Of a DNA stretch of 64,000 bases, positions 23,686-34,844 are shown piece after piece. A model generated the notes under the pieces. That model was given only the letters and a program-made list of their open reading frames with translations, was not told the origin of the DNA and ran no database searches. The translations under genes and the position numbers were made by a program. The stretch comes from Marsupella aquatica (lineage: Eukaryota; Plantae; Marchantiophyta): NCBI GenBank assembly GCA_973895155.1, contig OZ316891.1, forward strand, positions 31,627,112-31,691,111. The letters are read 5' to 3'. Numbering within the stretch: position 1 is the first letter of the stretch; every line of letters begins with the position of its first letter.

Positions 23686-26600
23686 TGTTTCATTCAATGT
23701 ATTCACCAACAATGATCACGCTTCTCTTAGGAGTGTAAGAATATATGGGTTACATTGATGGGCAGTTATGTAACTGCCCTAACTCCTAATTGTCACTTAG
23801 AGTGTAATCTACATCTTATAACACTCCCCCTTGGTTCTTTGAAGTGATTAGAAAAAGAACCACTCTATGGAGATTGTAACTCTAAGTGTTAATTATTTGA
23901 TCCTTATAAGTAGTATGGCCTCATTAAAACTTTCCCGCTTTCTTCTGAAAGAAAGAGTGCCACTACTGTACAAGTAATAAGGTCATCGAAATACATTTAG
24001 GGTAATCTAATGAGAACTTTATAGTGAAAGTTTCGTGCAGTTTCGAGAGTTTTAGTTCTAGCTGTGAGTTTGTAGTAGAGTAGATAGACGACGCATCCCA
24101 ATACCATGTGTGTGATCGTGGTGAACTGAAGGTGGGAGGGGCTTAGTGAAGAGATCTGCGCGATTATCTTTACTTGCAATCCAATGAACTTGAATCTGAT
24201 CGCCATGCTGTTCGTGAGTGTAGAAAAATTTGGGGGCAATATGCTTTATCCGATCTCCTTTGATAAAGCCTTGTGTAACTTGATCGACGCAAGGGCAATT
24301 GTCCTCGTAGATAGTTGTTGGAGCGTTGAGAAGTGGACGACCTGTATGCTGATTAATGTGATCAATTAGTTGCCTGAGCCAGATGCATTCACGACTTGCT
24401 TCGTAAAGGGCAATGATTTCTGCATGGTTCGAGGACGTTGTCGTGAGGGTTTGTTTGGAGCTTCGCCAAGATATCGCGGTGCTGCCTTGGAGAAATACAT
24501 ACCCGGTTTGCGATTTAGCATCATCCGGGTCCGAAAGGTATCCAGCATCAGCAAATCCGATGAGTTCAGAAGGAGCATCGTTGGGAAAGAACAATCCCAA
24601 GTCAAGTGTGCCCTGTATGTATCGAAAAATTCGCTTTACGCCATTCCAGTGTCTTATTGTTGGTTGTGAACTATGACGAGCAAGAAGGTTAACAGCGAAT
24701 GAAATGCCAGGGCGTGTGTGATTCGCTAAGTACATGAGCGCACCAATTGCTGAAAGATAGGGTTTTTCTGCTCCAAGTATCTGCTCTGTTTCTGTGCGTT
24801 TCTTGAATGTATCTCGATTCGGGTCCAGAGATCTCAGTTCCATTGGAGTGCTCACTGGATGAGCTTTATCCATGTTGAACTGCTTTACAATCTTTCTTGC
24901 ATAAGTTGCTTGATTAATAAGTATGCCGCCCTGCACATAGTCAAATTGAAGTCCAAGACAGTACTTGGGTTCTCCTAGATCTCGCATTTGAAATGTTGTT
25001 TTCAATGTTGCCATTGTTTCTTTAACTATTGTAGGTGTACCGAAGATGTTAATATCGTCTACATAAATAGCGACGATTATGTAATCTGTGTCATGTTGTT
25101 TAAGAAAAAGACAGGGAGCAATGTCGTTATTGACGAAGTTCAGAGCTAGCATCTCTGCCTTAAATCTTTTATACCAGGTTCGGCCACTTTGTTTGAGCCC
25201 ATATAGGGATCGCAGTACTTGGACTGCCAATTGTTTTGTCTGTATAGCAGATCTGGGAAGTCGACTTCTCGCTTGATGTGCACTCGGCACCTGTAATTCA
25301 TGAAGAACTGAAGGTTCGTTTTCATGTGCATGCTTTAGAAGGTACTCTATAGGAGTTTTCCTTGTTAACCCTGATTGTAGATCAGGGTTTGTATTATGTT
25401 TATTCTCCCCCTGAATTCGAAATGTCATTCGTGTGATTAACTCAGGAGGAGCCTTCATGTAGATTGTAGTGTCCAATATGCCATAAAGGTAGGCTGTGAT
25501 AACATCTAGTATGTTTAGTGTCAATTTGTGCGTAAGTGCAAACGCTATCATGTATCTATAAGTTATCGAATCCATCACGGGTGAGTAAGTAAGGTCAAAG
25601 TCACGTCCTGGGATTTGCGTATAGCCTTTAGCAACCAGTCGTGCTTTGTACCGAATTATTTCTCCTTGAGCGTTTCTTTTCCGTGTGAAAATGAATTTAT
25701 ATCCGATAAGTGATGTGTGTAGAGGGGCAGGAATGACCGGACCAAAGACTTCTCGTTGAATTAATGAGTCCAATTCAGAATTAAGTGCTATCTCCCACTG
25801 GGGCCAATCAGGCCGCTGTTGTGCCTCGTTGACTGACAGGGGATCTGGGGTGTCATTGGTGATATCCTGAGATATATCGAATGCAAATATATCATCTATA
25901 ATTGTATCCTTTCGATGCCATAATCGACCAGTATGCATATAATTGATGGATATTTCTTGATTTTCTTCTGGCTGAGTGAGAGAGTGGGTAGATGGTACCG
26001 GTGGAGGTGGCACATTCGTTGGGTTAGCTGGTGGTCGTCGTTGGCGAGGTTGGCTGTCTCTAGAGCCCAGTGGACGACCTCATTTTGCTCTTGGGGTAGC
26101 TTCAGTGGCAAGTTGGTCTGGTATTAGTATTCGGGCTGGAGCATTGGCCGCCTCTGTGTGTGAACGGGTTACTTCAGTTGCATCATTAAAAGCATCCGGT
26201 AGCTTTTCCAGCATCTGATGGAGATGTAATATGCGTCTGACTTCTGCATCAGCTTGTCTGGTACGTGGATCAAGTCCCACCGGTAGGATGGTCTGCCATT
26301 GTAATAATTGTTTTCTGCCATTCTCATCGGATGGATGTGTAGTTAGTTTCGGAAATTCGTCTTCGAAAAAGGTACAGTCAAGGAATCTGGCCTTGAACAC
26401 ATCTGTTGTGGATGGTTCCAGGAACCGAATAATGGAGGGCGAGTCAAAACCAACATAAATCCCTCGTTGGCGCTGGGGGCCCATCTTGGTGCGTTTTGGG
26501 CCTAGGATAGGGATAAGGACTAAACACCCAAACGTCCGCAAGTGAGAAATGTTAGGTGGTATACCAAATGCAAGGTAATGCGGAGTATGGGTATTAAATG

Positions 26601-29034
26601 CGGAAGGTCTATATTTTAGGAGAGCAGCTGCATGCAATATTGCATGTCCCCATGCTGTAGGAGGAAGCTGTGTTTGCATGAGGAGTGGCCGAGCTATCAT
26701 TTGTAGTCTTTTAATGAGAGATTCTGCTATGCCATTCTGAAAATGAACGTGCGGTACTGAATATTGGGTTTCTATGTCGGCAGTCTCACAAAAATCATCG
26801 AATGTTCTCGACGTGAACTCCCCGGCATTATCAACCCTGAGTGTCTTTATTGGATTGTCAGGGAACTGTAGCTTTAACTTGAGGATGTGTGATAAAATCT
26901 GTGGGAATACTAGGTTCCGGGTCGAGATTAGTGAAACTTGGGACCATTTTGATGAAGCATCAATAATGGCCAAGTAAAACCGGAATGGACCAAATGGCGG
27001 GTCAATCGGGCCACATACGTCAGCGTGAAGCCTTTCGAGGAATTTAGGAATGGAGTGAATTGTTTTAGATGTGGCTGGTCTGGTGATTAACTTTCCCTGT
27101 GAACACGCAAGACAGGGGCTCTTCAGAGATGATGGGCGCACCCCCTGGGGTATGCCTATCGTATCCCGGATTATATTATGGTACATGTTGGTACCAGGGT
27201 GGCCTAGCCAATTGTGCCAGCGCTCTGTGGGAGTTGGAGGAACTATTTCTACATGTAATGCGTGTATGGTGGTGATGTATAACCCGGGAGGGTGGATAGG
27301 CAAGGTTTCACAGATTTTCATTCCAGGTGGAGAATGGTCAATAATGTGTAGGACTTCACCCTCATTGGTCTTGCTTGTATATATGTGAAAGTTGTTAGCT
27401 CTTATGTCTCGGAAACTAATTAAATTTTGTGTGGCTTTAGGTGCGTATATTGCCGAGGTGATGTTGATTACTGTGCCCTGGGGGAAACAAACTGATGCGG
27501 GGCCGTGCCCTTCCTCAATATGATTATGTCCTGTGATGGTAGTTATGGCTCTGTGAGAAGCTATAATTGTTCGAAAAAAATGTCGATTTCTTAGGATGGA
27601 GTGGGAGGTCCCACTATCTACTATGCAATTAGATGGTGTTAATTTGCCTTGTGATTGTGCATCCATATGAGCAACGTGGGTTTCTGGAAGGGGTGTATCA
27701 TGTGTATAAGCATGTATGTCTTCAAGAATTTCCATAAAATTGCCTTGTGCATCTTCTGTTTGCCTGTTTATACTTTCTTTATAGAGCTTGACCAAGTGTG
27801 CAGGAGCCCGACATTCTTTTTGTAAATGTCCTTTTGTACCGCATCGGAAACAAGAGGGTGTAATAAACTTATCTCTTGGTTGTGCTTGGTAGCCTCTTCC
27901 TCGATTCCGTCCGCCACCTCCGCGTTGATTCCAAGTGGGGTCTTGCTGGAATTCTTGGGATTGTTGTCGGAAGCTCCCACTGCCTCTGTATCCTTGGTAA
28001 GTTCCTCTTCCAAATGCACGTCCTCGGCTCCCCCTGAAGTTGCCACGTCCGCGCCCCCGGAATCTTGAGGCCATAAGATGAGTTTCTGGTCTGGCTGGAG
28101 GGGCTGCACTCCCTGGTGGTCTTGTTTTAGCATTGTTGAGCAGTATTATCTAATGCTTCTCAGCGAGGAGCATATGTGATATCAATTGAGAATACCGCGT
28201 GAAATTCATGTTTCGATATTGAGAGGCTAGAACTATGTTAGTTACATGAAAAGTGGACAGAGTCTTTTTGATCTGCTCTTCATTATCCACTGGATTACCG
28301 CAGATAGCTAATTGGGAGGTAATTCGGAACAGTTCGCTGTTATAACTTGCAATTGTGCTGTAATCTTGTACTCGCAGGTTTATCCAATCGTGGCGGGCTG
28401 TCGGGAGTGATATGGTCCGCATATGATCGAAGCGTAATTGTAGTTCGTCCCATAGGACCCTTGGGTTGTAGTGATTGAGATATTGAGTCTTAAGCGGTTC
28501 AGCGAGATGGTGCCTGATTAGTATCAAGGCCTGAGCCTTCTGTTGTAATGTAGTACCTGCATCGGTTAAGGTTGTATCTTGCAGGTCTTTAGATGCTAGA
28601 TGTGCCTCCACATCTAAAGACCAAGACAACTAATTTGCGCCATCGATCACGAGAGCTTTGAAATGTAATTTCTCCATGATTGATCAATGCTGCAATTGGA
28701 AGTTCCGATGCTGGCTAGCTTGTAATAAGGTTCTTTGATAATGCAATTGTTTATGGCTAAGGAGATGATTTCTCTCACCGAGTTCCAAGAATCAGTTCCA
28801 ATCGAGGAATAGTGCTGCTGAAGTTTAACTGCGCGTCATCTGCCTCTATCTAAAAAAAATAAAATTTGTCACACACATCAGCTCGTGCTGATAACGTGTT
28901 TCATTCAATGTATTCACCAACAATGATCACGCTTCTCTTAGGAGTGTAAGAATATATGGGTTACATTGATGGGCAGTTATGTAACTGCCCTAACTCCTAA
29001 TTGTCACTTAGAGTGTAATCTACATCTTATAACA
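23686..29034 (-). mobile_element. Ty1/copia LTR retrotransposon (Bianca-like), Copia-1
   Basis: 138-bp LTRs at 23686-23823 and 28897-29034, identical by eye, TG..CA. TSD AAACA at 23681-23685 and 29035-29039. PBS at 28881-28896; PPT at 23824-23831. Confidence 0.97.
24058..28677 (-). pseudogene. Copia gag-pol (gag, CCHC, protease, integrase, RT, RNase H) with three in-frame stops
   Basis: All ORF pieces are in one frame. CFRCGTKGHLQKEC, IVDSGTSH, HADVCGP, RVDNAGEF, YKARLVAKG, SLYGLKQSG, YVDD, GFADA, ADLFTKPL. Confidence 0.95.
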
Positions 29035-29727
29035 AAACAAACTTTCTTTTATACTCCGAGGTCTGTTTGTCTACTATTAGTTTTCTGCTAACATGTTCCA
29101 ACTCTGATAGTAGACCCCCCCTGAGAGACTATCAGTTTTTTGCTAACTATGTGCATTCTGCTAAGCCAAGCTGCAAGTAAACATAGTTAGCAAAATTTCA
29201 TTCACTTTATAACCCACAAAAAGAGTTTCTATATGAATAGCAATGTTCTTACCTTCACAGCACAGTCAGTGCAGGATTGGATTGGATCTGATTTGGATGG
29301 CGAGCCCCGAGCACCGATCACAACAAAGATCAAGCACCGATCACCAACCAAGCAACACTCACCAAGAAAGCACCGATCACCAAGAACCACCGAGCAATGG
29401 GACCAAATAGAATGTCTCTTGCTGAGTTCACCCTAAATGGACAATCTTGCCAATGCGAATGGGGATCAGATGTGCAACGTACTTTTTAGAAGCTTCTACA
29501 ACTAAACCAGACAACAACAGACATCCAGCCAGCATCGTCCTTCGGACCTCTTCAATGAAAGGAAAGACCACGTCGCAAGCAGAGAGGAAATGCTAGCAAA
29601 AAATAGCAACATCAATGTGCGACAACATTTGCAAGAGGAGCGACCTCCAAGGGGCCATAGAAGCTAGGAGTATCACCTTCTTTCCGCCAATCCAAGCTCT
29701 ATAGAGTAGTGTCTAAAACCAAGTAGC

Positions 29728-30155
29728 AGCCGACCTCCACACGCCTCCACAGTCTACCTACTCTCCAAACTTGCACAGTAACAGTCCTTCCGGCCTCCGA
29801 ACTTGCGGCAATAGCAGTCCTCCCGACCTCCTCAAAGAGAATGGACGGACCTCTAAAACTGTGGTAGCAGCAGTCCTCCCGGCCTCCATAGTTGACTACA
29901 GCTCCAGCTTGCAGCAGCGCACAGCAATCAACCTTTGATTTCTCACAAAGAAATTGGAGAGCCTCTGAACTCGTGCCAACAACAGTCCTCCCGACCTCCT
30001 CAGTCAACTAGAGCTCCAATGTCGTGGCAGCGCTACACAACACAACAATATATCCTCTGATTCCCACAAAGAAGATGGAGCTCCAAACGCACCAACAATG
30101 CAGCTCCCGGCCTCCACAGTCGACTACAGCTCCAAGGTTGGCAGCGCTACACATC
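29728..30155. repeat. Degenerate short repeats (CAGTCCTCCCG(A/G)CCTCC-like) in the left subterminal region of the P-like element
   Basis: Motif recurs near 29783, 29815, 29871, 29983 and 30101. Confidence 0.55.
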
Positions 30156-30715
30156 AATCCTCTCGTCTCTCACAAAGAAAACATTGAGTTTGAAACTCAA
30201 TGTTCACGAATCCTCCTGAGTTTGTCGACCACCCCTGGGCCCATTCCCGCTTGAGCTTCCATCCCCGTCCCTGCAGCCGCCACCCGACCCTTATTTGGCC
30301 GTTGGATCTAAAACCCTAGACATCAACGGCCCTTGAAAACCCCGACTGGATGTCACGGGTCCCCCTACCCGCTTTAGACCCCACCCCCAATAAACTATTT
30401 TTTAGACTGAAGTTTGGTTAGAGTTGGGCATAAATTTAAACATGCATATTGTGGCAAATATGAATATTTACGACCTTACAAAACACGTGTCCCTGTTACA
30501 ATGAGACATGTGTACCAGTACATACATGACGCGTGTCGCATATAATATTTGTACCAATTACCCTTACTTTGTTGGACACCTTCCGTGGAATGTGTTTCAT
30601 TTTAAAAATGCCTATTGTTCTTTAAAGCAGCCCAACAATTAAAACGGGCCCTATTGTTCTTCCATGAAACTTTGGAAGTCTTCCGTCGAACCCAATTAAA
30701 TGGCCCTATACTTCG

Positions 30716-30757
30716 TCGCACGTGATGTGGGACTTCCGCGGAAGTGACCCCCCCGAG
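30716..30757 (-). repeat. Left bipartite terminal repeat of the P-like element
   Basis: TCGCACGTGATGT-N14-AGTGACCCCCCCGAG, matching 61174-61216. Confidence 0.85.
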
Positions 30758-32359
30758 CTCTTGCCGCTCTTGAATTTCATACTCACGTTCTCGCAGTTCA
30801 AACTCACGTTCTCGCATGTGAGAATCATGTTCTTAGATATCAACATCACGCTTGGCCGTAGAAGCCATCTCAGCACAACTGTTTGCCATGGTTCTCAAAT
30901 GCACTTGTTAATCACTACTCGACTTGGTTGCCTTTTGCTTCACACCTCTCTTGCTTGGGCCATAAAAGTCCTGAGGGGATGATGGTTCTCTCACTCCACC
31001 AGTATTCTCGACATTGTGTGACTGCGTACCCTCGTGTGTTGGTCCTGGGCAGTATTCCTGGCTGGTAGGGATAGACCTATCTTCATGAACCTCAACGTCA
31101 TCATCACCTGCAAATGACGTAACCTACTTGTTGTACTATTTAATAAAGGAATTAAAGATATAGGTGTTGAAAAAGGGACACTAATTTCAGTGCAAAAAAA
31201 AATTTGTGATAAAATATCACATAATCACTTGCATAAAAAAATACCAAAATATAGCTACACCGTGCAAAAAGAAACCAATGCAGAGGCAAAAGTAAGTAAG
31301 TTCTTACTCTCTGATGATAAATCAAATGGATTCTCTTGTGCATTTCGGTCCATAGAAGAGATGTCAGATATGAACTTTTTAGGTGGAGTGATGCGTGGAA
31401 TATCTGCATACCACTCCTGGACCAACAATTGCTCATACAGATCAACAGAAAAATTAGTGGGGAATCGATGGTCACGTCGGTCCTTGTCACCCATGTTAAA
31501 GTAAGAAACCTGCCCAGTTTTCTCCTTCCTTTCATAGTCATAAATTGTTTTAAACTTGTTCTCAATAAGTTGCCACTTCTTCTTACAAGAGTTTGGATCT
31601 CGAATAGGATTAGTGTACCCCTCATCCACCATAAACTTTGCCATTGCTTTCCATTTCAACTTGCTACTAGTCATTTTTTTGTGTGTTGAGCCTTCCATAA
31701 TGATAGTGTGATATTCATTCTGTTTTGTTGCAATGAGAACCGTCATCTCCTCGTCAGTCCAATCTGGCAACCATCATCAGAAAGCATGTCATCATAAAAA
31801 AGGAAAGGGTCCATAGCTCGGAAAAAAGCATTGGGAACTGTGTGGTCTGGTACATTCCACTTTGGAACCCGACGGTCCATGAGCGTAGGTTTTAGTCCAA
31901 TAGGAAGATAAATGAATCCCGCGTTGACTCCAAATGATCTTTCCTTTCCTCCTCTGATGACTCCTTTTTCTCGGGAACCCGACTTGATTAAGTCCTTTCC
32001 CCATTTCTTAGCATCTGTCACCCACTCTGGTTTCTCTTCTTTGTTGAAAGCACTCTCAATAAATTCTTGTATGCTTGTTTCCACCATGCAATGCCTTGAA
32101 GATTTACTCTTGAAGTTTCTCACATCTCTCTCAAGACCGCAGGGGCATTATCCCGGGAAGATTCTCCTGCTTGAATTGCCCTTTTCTTCTTCTTCTTTGT
32201 ACTGGTTGCATCTAGAGGAACGATCTCTTTCGCTTTCTCAACGGGAGTGACAAGGTCTGATTGGGCGGTGGTATTAGCTTCAGAAGGGTCAGGAGTAGCA
32301 TCAACCTTTGTGTCGTCAGTTGCAACGTCTGACTTTCTCCCACCTAAAGGAAAAAACAT
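30758..32359 (-). pseudogene. Harbinger-associated Myb/SANT (trihelix) DNA-binding gene, 5' part, interrupted by the P-like insertion
   Basis: WTDEEMTVLIATK..KWKAMAKFM..RDPNSCKKKWQLIENKFKTIYDYE..SYFNM trihelix pattern (31255-31770). Coiled coil REREFELREREYEIQERQE runs into the TSD. Confidence 0.75.
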
Positions 32360-32379
32360 AATACAATCAATTGGTTGTC

Positions 32380-32787
32380 AATGCACTCCGTGGCTGGTTT
32401 GCCCAAAACTTGAGAGAAGAAATCGGCAATGGCATGAAGTTTCCCTGGCTTAATATTTAACTTGTAGTCAAACTCTTGTAATAGTAATATCCACCTTGCT
32501 ACTCTTCTTGTTAAGTCTGGCTTATTAACCAGGTACTGTAAACTTTCATGATCTGTATAAAAGATTCCCTTGTATCCTAATAAATAATGCCTGAACTTCT
32601 TACAATAGTATATAACTCCTAGTGCTTCCCTCTCTGTGGTTGAATAGTTTCTCTCGGCATTGGCAAGTTGTTGGCTTGCATAATAGATGTGATGGTCCCT
32701 TCCCTTCTCATCTAACTGACTTAGTACTGAGCCGATAAAGAAGCCTGAAATGTCTACATATACATGACAATCCTTGTTCCAGTTGGG
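32380..32787 (-). pseudogene. Ty3/gypsy RNase H fragment
   Basis: Minus-strand translation reads HVYVDISGFFIGSVLSQ..IYYASQQLANAERNYSTTEREALGVIY..KKFRHYLLG..TDHESL..RWILLLQEFD..KPGKLHAIAD. Confidence 0.9.
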
Positions 32788-32789
32788 TT

Positions 32790-33539
32790 TAGGGTCTCTG
32801 CCGTTTAGGGGTCTCTACCGTGCGTGGGGTAAAAGGTCCATTTTGTGACATTTTGAGACTCTGCTACACTGTAAGATCCCAAGAGCAATGATCCTATTCT
32901 TTACTCGCGCGACACTAGCAATGTTCTTTTCCTATCTCCACAAAGCACAGGGTATTCAATAGATCTTCAGCAGTGTAAAAAGTGATATAAACAAAGATCA
33001 AAGGGCTAGAGCTCACCAGGTGATCCCTTCCATCCGTCCCAGTGGGCGTGTTACGTAACTATCGCCGAAAGTGAGGGTTTCACTCTCGCGTCAGAACCTT
33101 ACTACACTCTCTAGCTATCTTAAAGGTAGAAACAAGATTTTACTTCTTCCTGTTTACCTCTCAATTGCATAATCCGGATCTTTTGTTTCTTACTCTGCAT
33201 CAAAGCCTAATCAGCTTGTTAATCTTCAGCTCTCCTAGAGAGCCTTTGCAAGGGTAGAGCATGTACATACTCTAATAAGGATCTTCCTTAAGCACGACAA
33301 ACTCTAATTTCTCCAGTAAGTTGCAGCCCTAAGTAAGTTTACCTTCTTCCTCCATGAGTCCCGACTCCTTCACTCAAATGTCACTTCCAATATAGTAAAA
33401 TGCTCTCGAAAACAAGAGCAAACCAATAGCGCAATGTAAACCTTATCAATCGTGACCCCTAGTCTAAAAAATCTTCCAAAATCTCACAGTCCTTAGGTCA
33501 GTTCCGCCAGTTCTCACAGTCCCTATGTTAGTTCCGACA
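32790..33539 (-). mobile_element. Probable Ty3/gypsy LTR fragment
   Basis: Non-coding and adjacent to the RNase H fragment. It ends ..GTTCCGACA (TG start on the minus strand) where P-like copy 2 begins. No partner LTR or TSD is seen. Confidence 0.4.
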
Positions 33540-34844
33540 TTGTGAATGGTTGACTTGAGTCCTGATCTTTTTCCATGTCTGTCCATTGTTGTATGACAGG
33601 TTCATGTACCTAATCCGTATCCCTTACTTTCACAGCCTGTATAATTGTCCATCATGGCACACCTAGGCATGAGCTCTGTCAGATTGGTAGAAAAGGGTGA
33701 GGAGGGAGGAAAGCCTGATACGCCAATCTGTTTCATGTCCTTCAAAGAAGGCAGACTCTGGCAGATTTTTGTCTGAAAGTGTTGGTGCAGTAGAGTTTGA
33801 CTTTGATTTTTGGGATGAGAGGTTGCCTGGTCGAGTCCGGCGCTTTTCAGAGAAGACTGTTAGGGTGACTGAACTTCAAGGGACAATTTACGTGATTGCA
33901 GAGTTACCCTCAGTTGCCTTGCCTACTGAGAGGGTCACTACTGGTTCCTCTCATTCATCTACTGCCACTATGTCCAATGTGGCAGGCACGACTCCATTGT
34001 CTCAAGGACAAACGCAAGGGGTGCCAGTACAGGCTACTGTACAGCCTGTCACAAGCTCCTTTGAGTCTCACCTCATGTCTGAGGCTGCATCAAAGGCCTG
34101 GAATGATGAGTGGTTGAAGCTACGATCCTGGGTGAACCAGAAGGGCTTTGGTGAGCACCAGTGGAAAGTGCAAACATGGGATGAGGGAGGGGAGTGTCGA
34201 GGTCATCTAGAATGCTTAGAGTGTAGGGAGACTTATGGGAATGGTGGATTGCATGATTGAGGACTACCATTTTTCTCCTTTTTTCTCCACAAAAAGGACT
34301 CGAGTCCTTGCCATTTTGCATTAAATGTGCAACATATCCCTCAATGGCCAAGATTGAGGATACGTATATCAAAGGCTAGATTTGAACTGGTGAACTGATT
34401 CCATTAAATGAACTTTTTTGGATTTAGTAGGACCCTAGTAAAGCTTGCACTTGTATCCTCATATAGAGTACTTATGATGTGTTTAATGTCCTCGAGGTGA
34501 GTAGCCGTTGTTTACTTTTCAAAAAAAGGACTCGGAAGTCTTGGAAACCTACAATAAATGTCCTTGCAATCCCCGCCGGCCAGGATATTTTGAAAACAAG
34601 GACTCCAAGTCCTTCCAACTTTGGCGCGATAGTCTCAACAGTAGTAAGGACTCGAGGACAAAGGAGTATTATTGAGAGTTTTATGCCTGAGCTATCAAAT
34701 TTTACAAAGTGTTTCATGGTGGACACCAAGCAGCTTGAGGTCCATAGCCAAAATCAGTAGTGTTTGAGTGTTGGGGCAAGAAGAGAGAGCGACGAGAATT
34801 GCAAATGAGTAGGTATTTTGTTGCGCATTGCAAGATTGTCCATG

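Larger units (their letters stand above)
5341..30757 (-). mobile_element. P-element-like DNA transposon, copy 1 (left terminus at 30757; 3' end interrupted by CACTA; hosts LINE-1 and Copia-1)
   Basis: Terminus CTCGGGGGGGTCACT (minus strand) is flanked by 8-bp CTCTTGCC at 30758-30765. The sequence is contiguous once TSD-bounded insertions are removed. Segment 5341-10166 is near-identical, inverted, to 33536-60682 minus its insertions. Confidence 0.8.

Noticed and set aside
23686-29034. Identical LTRs with three stops as evidence of programmed readthrough
   Set aside because: The LTRs are only 138 bp, so identity is weak evidence of youth. The stops are at scattered positions where intact Copia-2 has sense codons, which fits ordinary decay.
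30602-30757. C-terminal part of ORF 30602-30817 as real coding sequence
   Set aside because: It is read-through from the Myb gene into the transposon terminus; the true continuation is at 61225-61326.
31255-31770. Host trihelix transcription factor gene
   Set aside because: Its 3' end lies convergent and adjacent to a Harbinger nuclease, the typical two-gene Harbinger layout. A host origin is not fully excluded.
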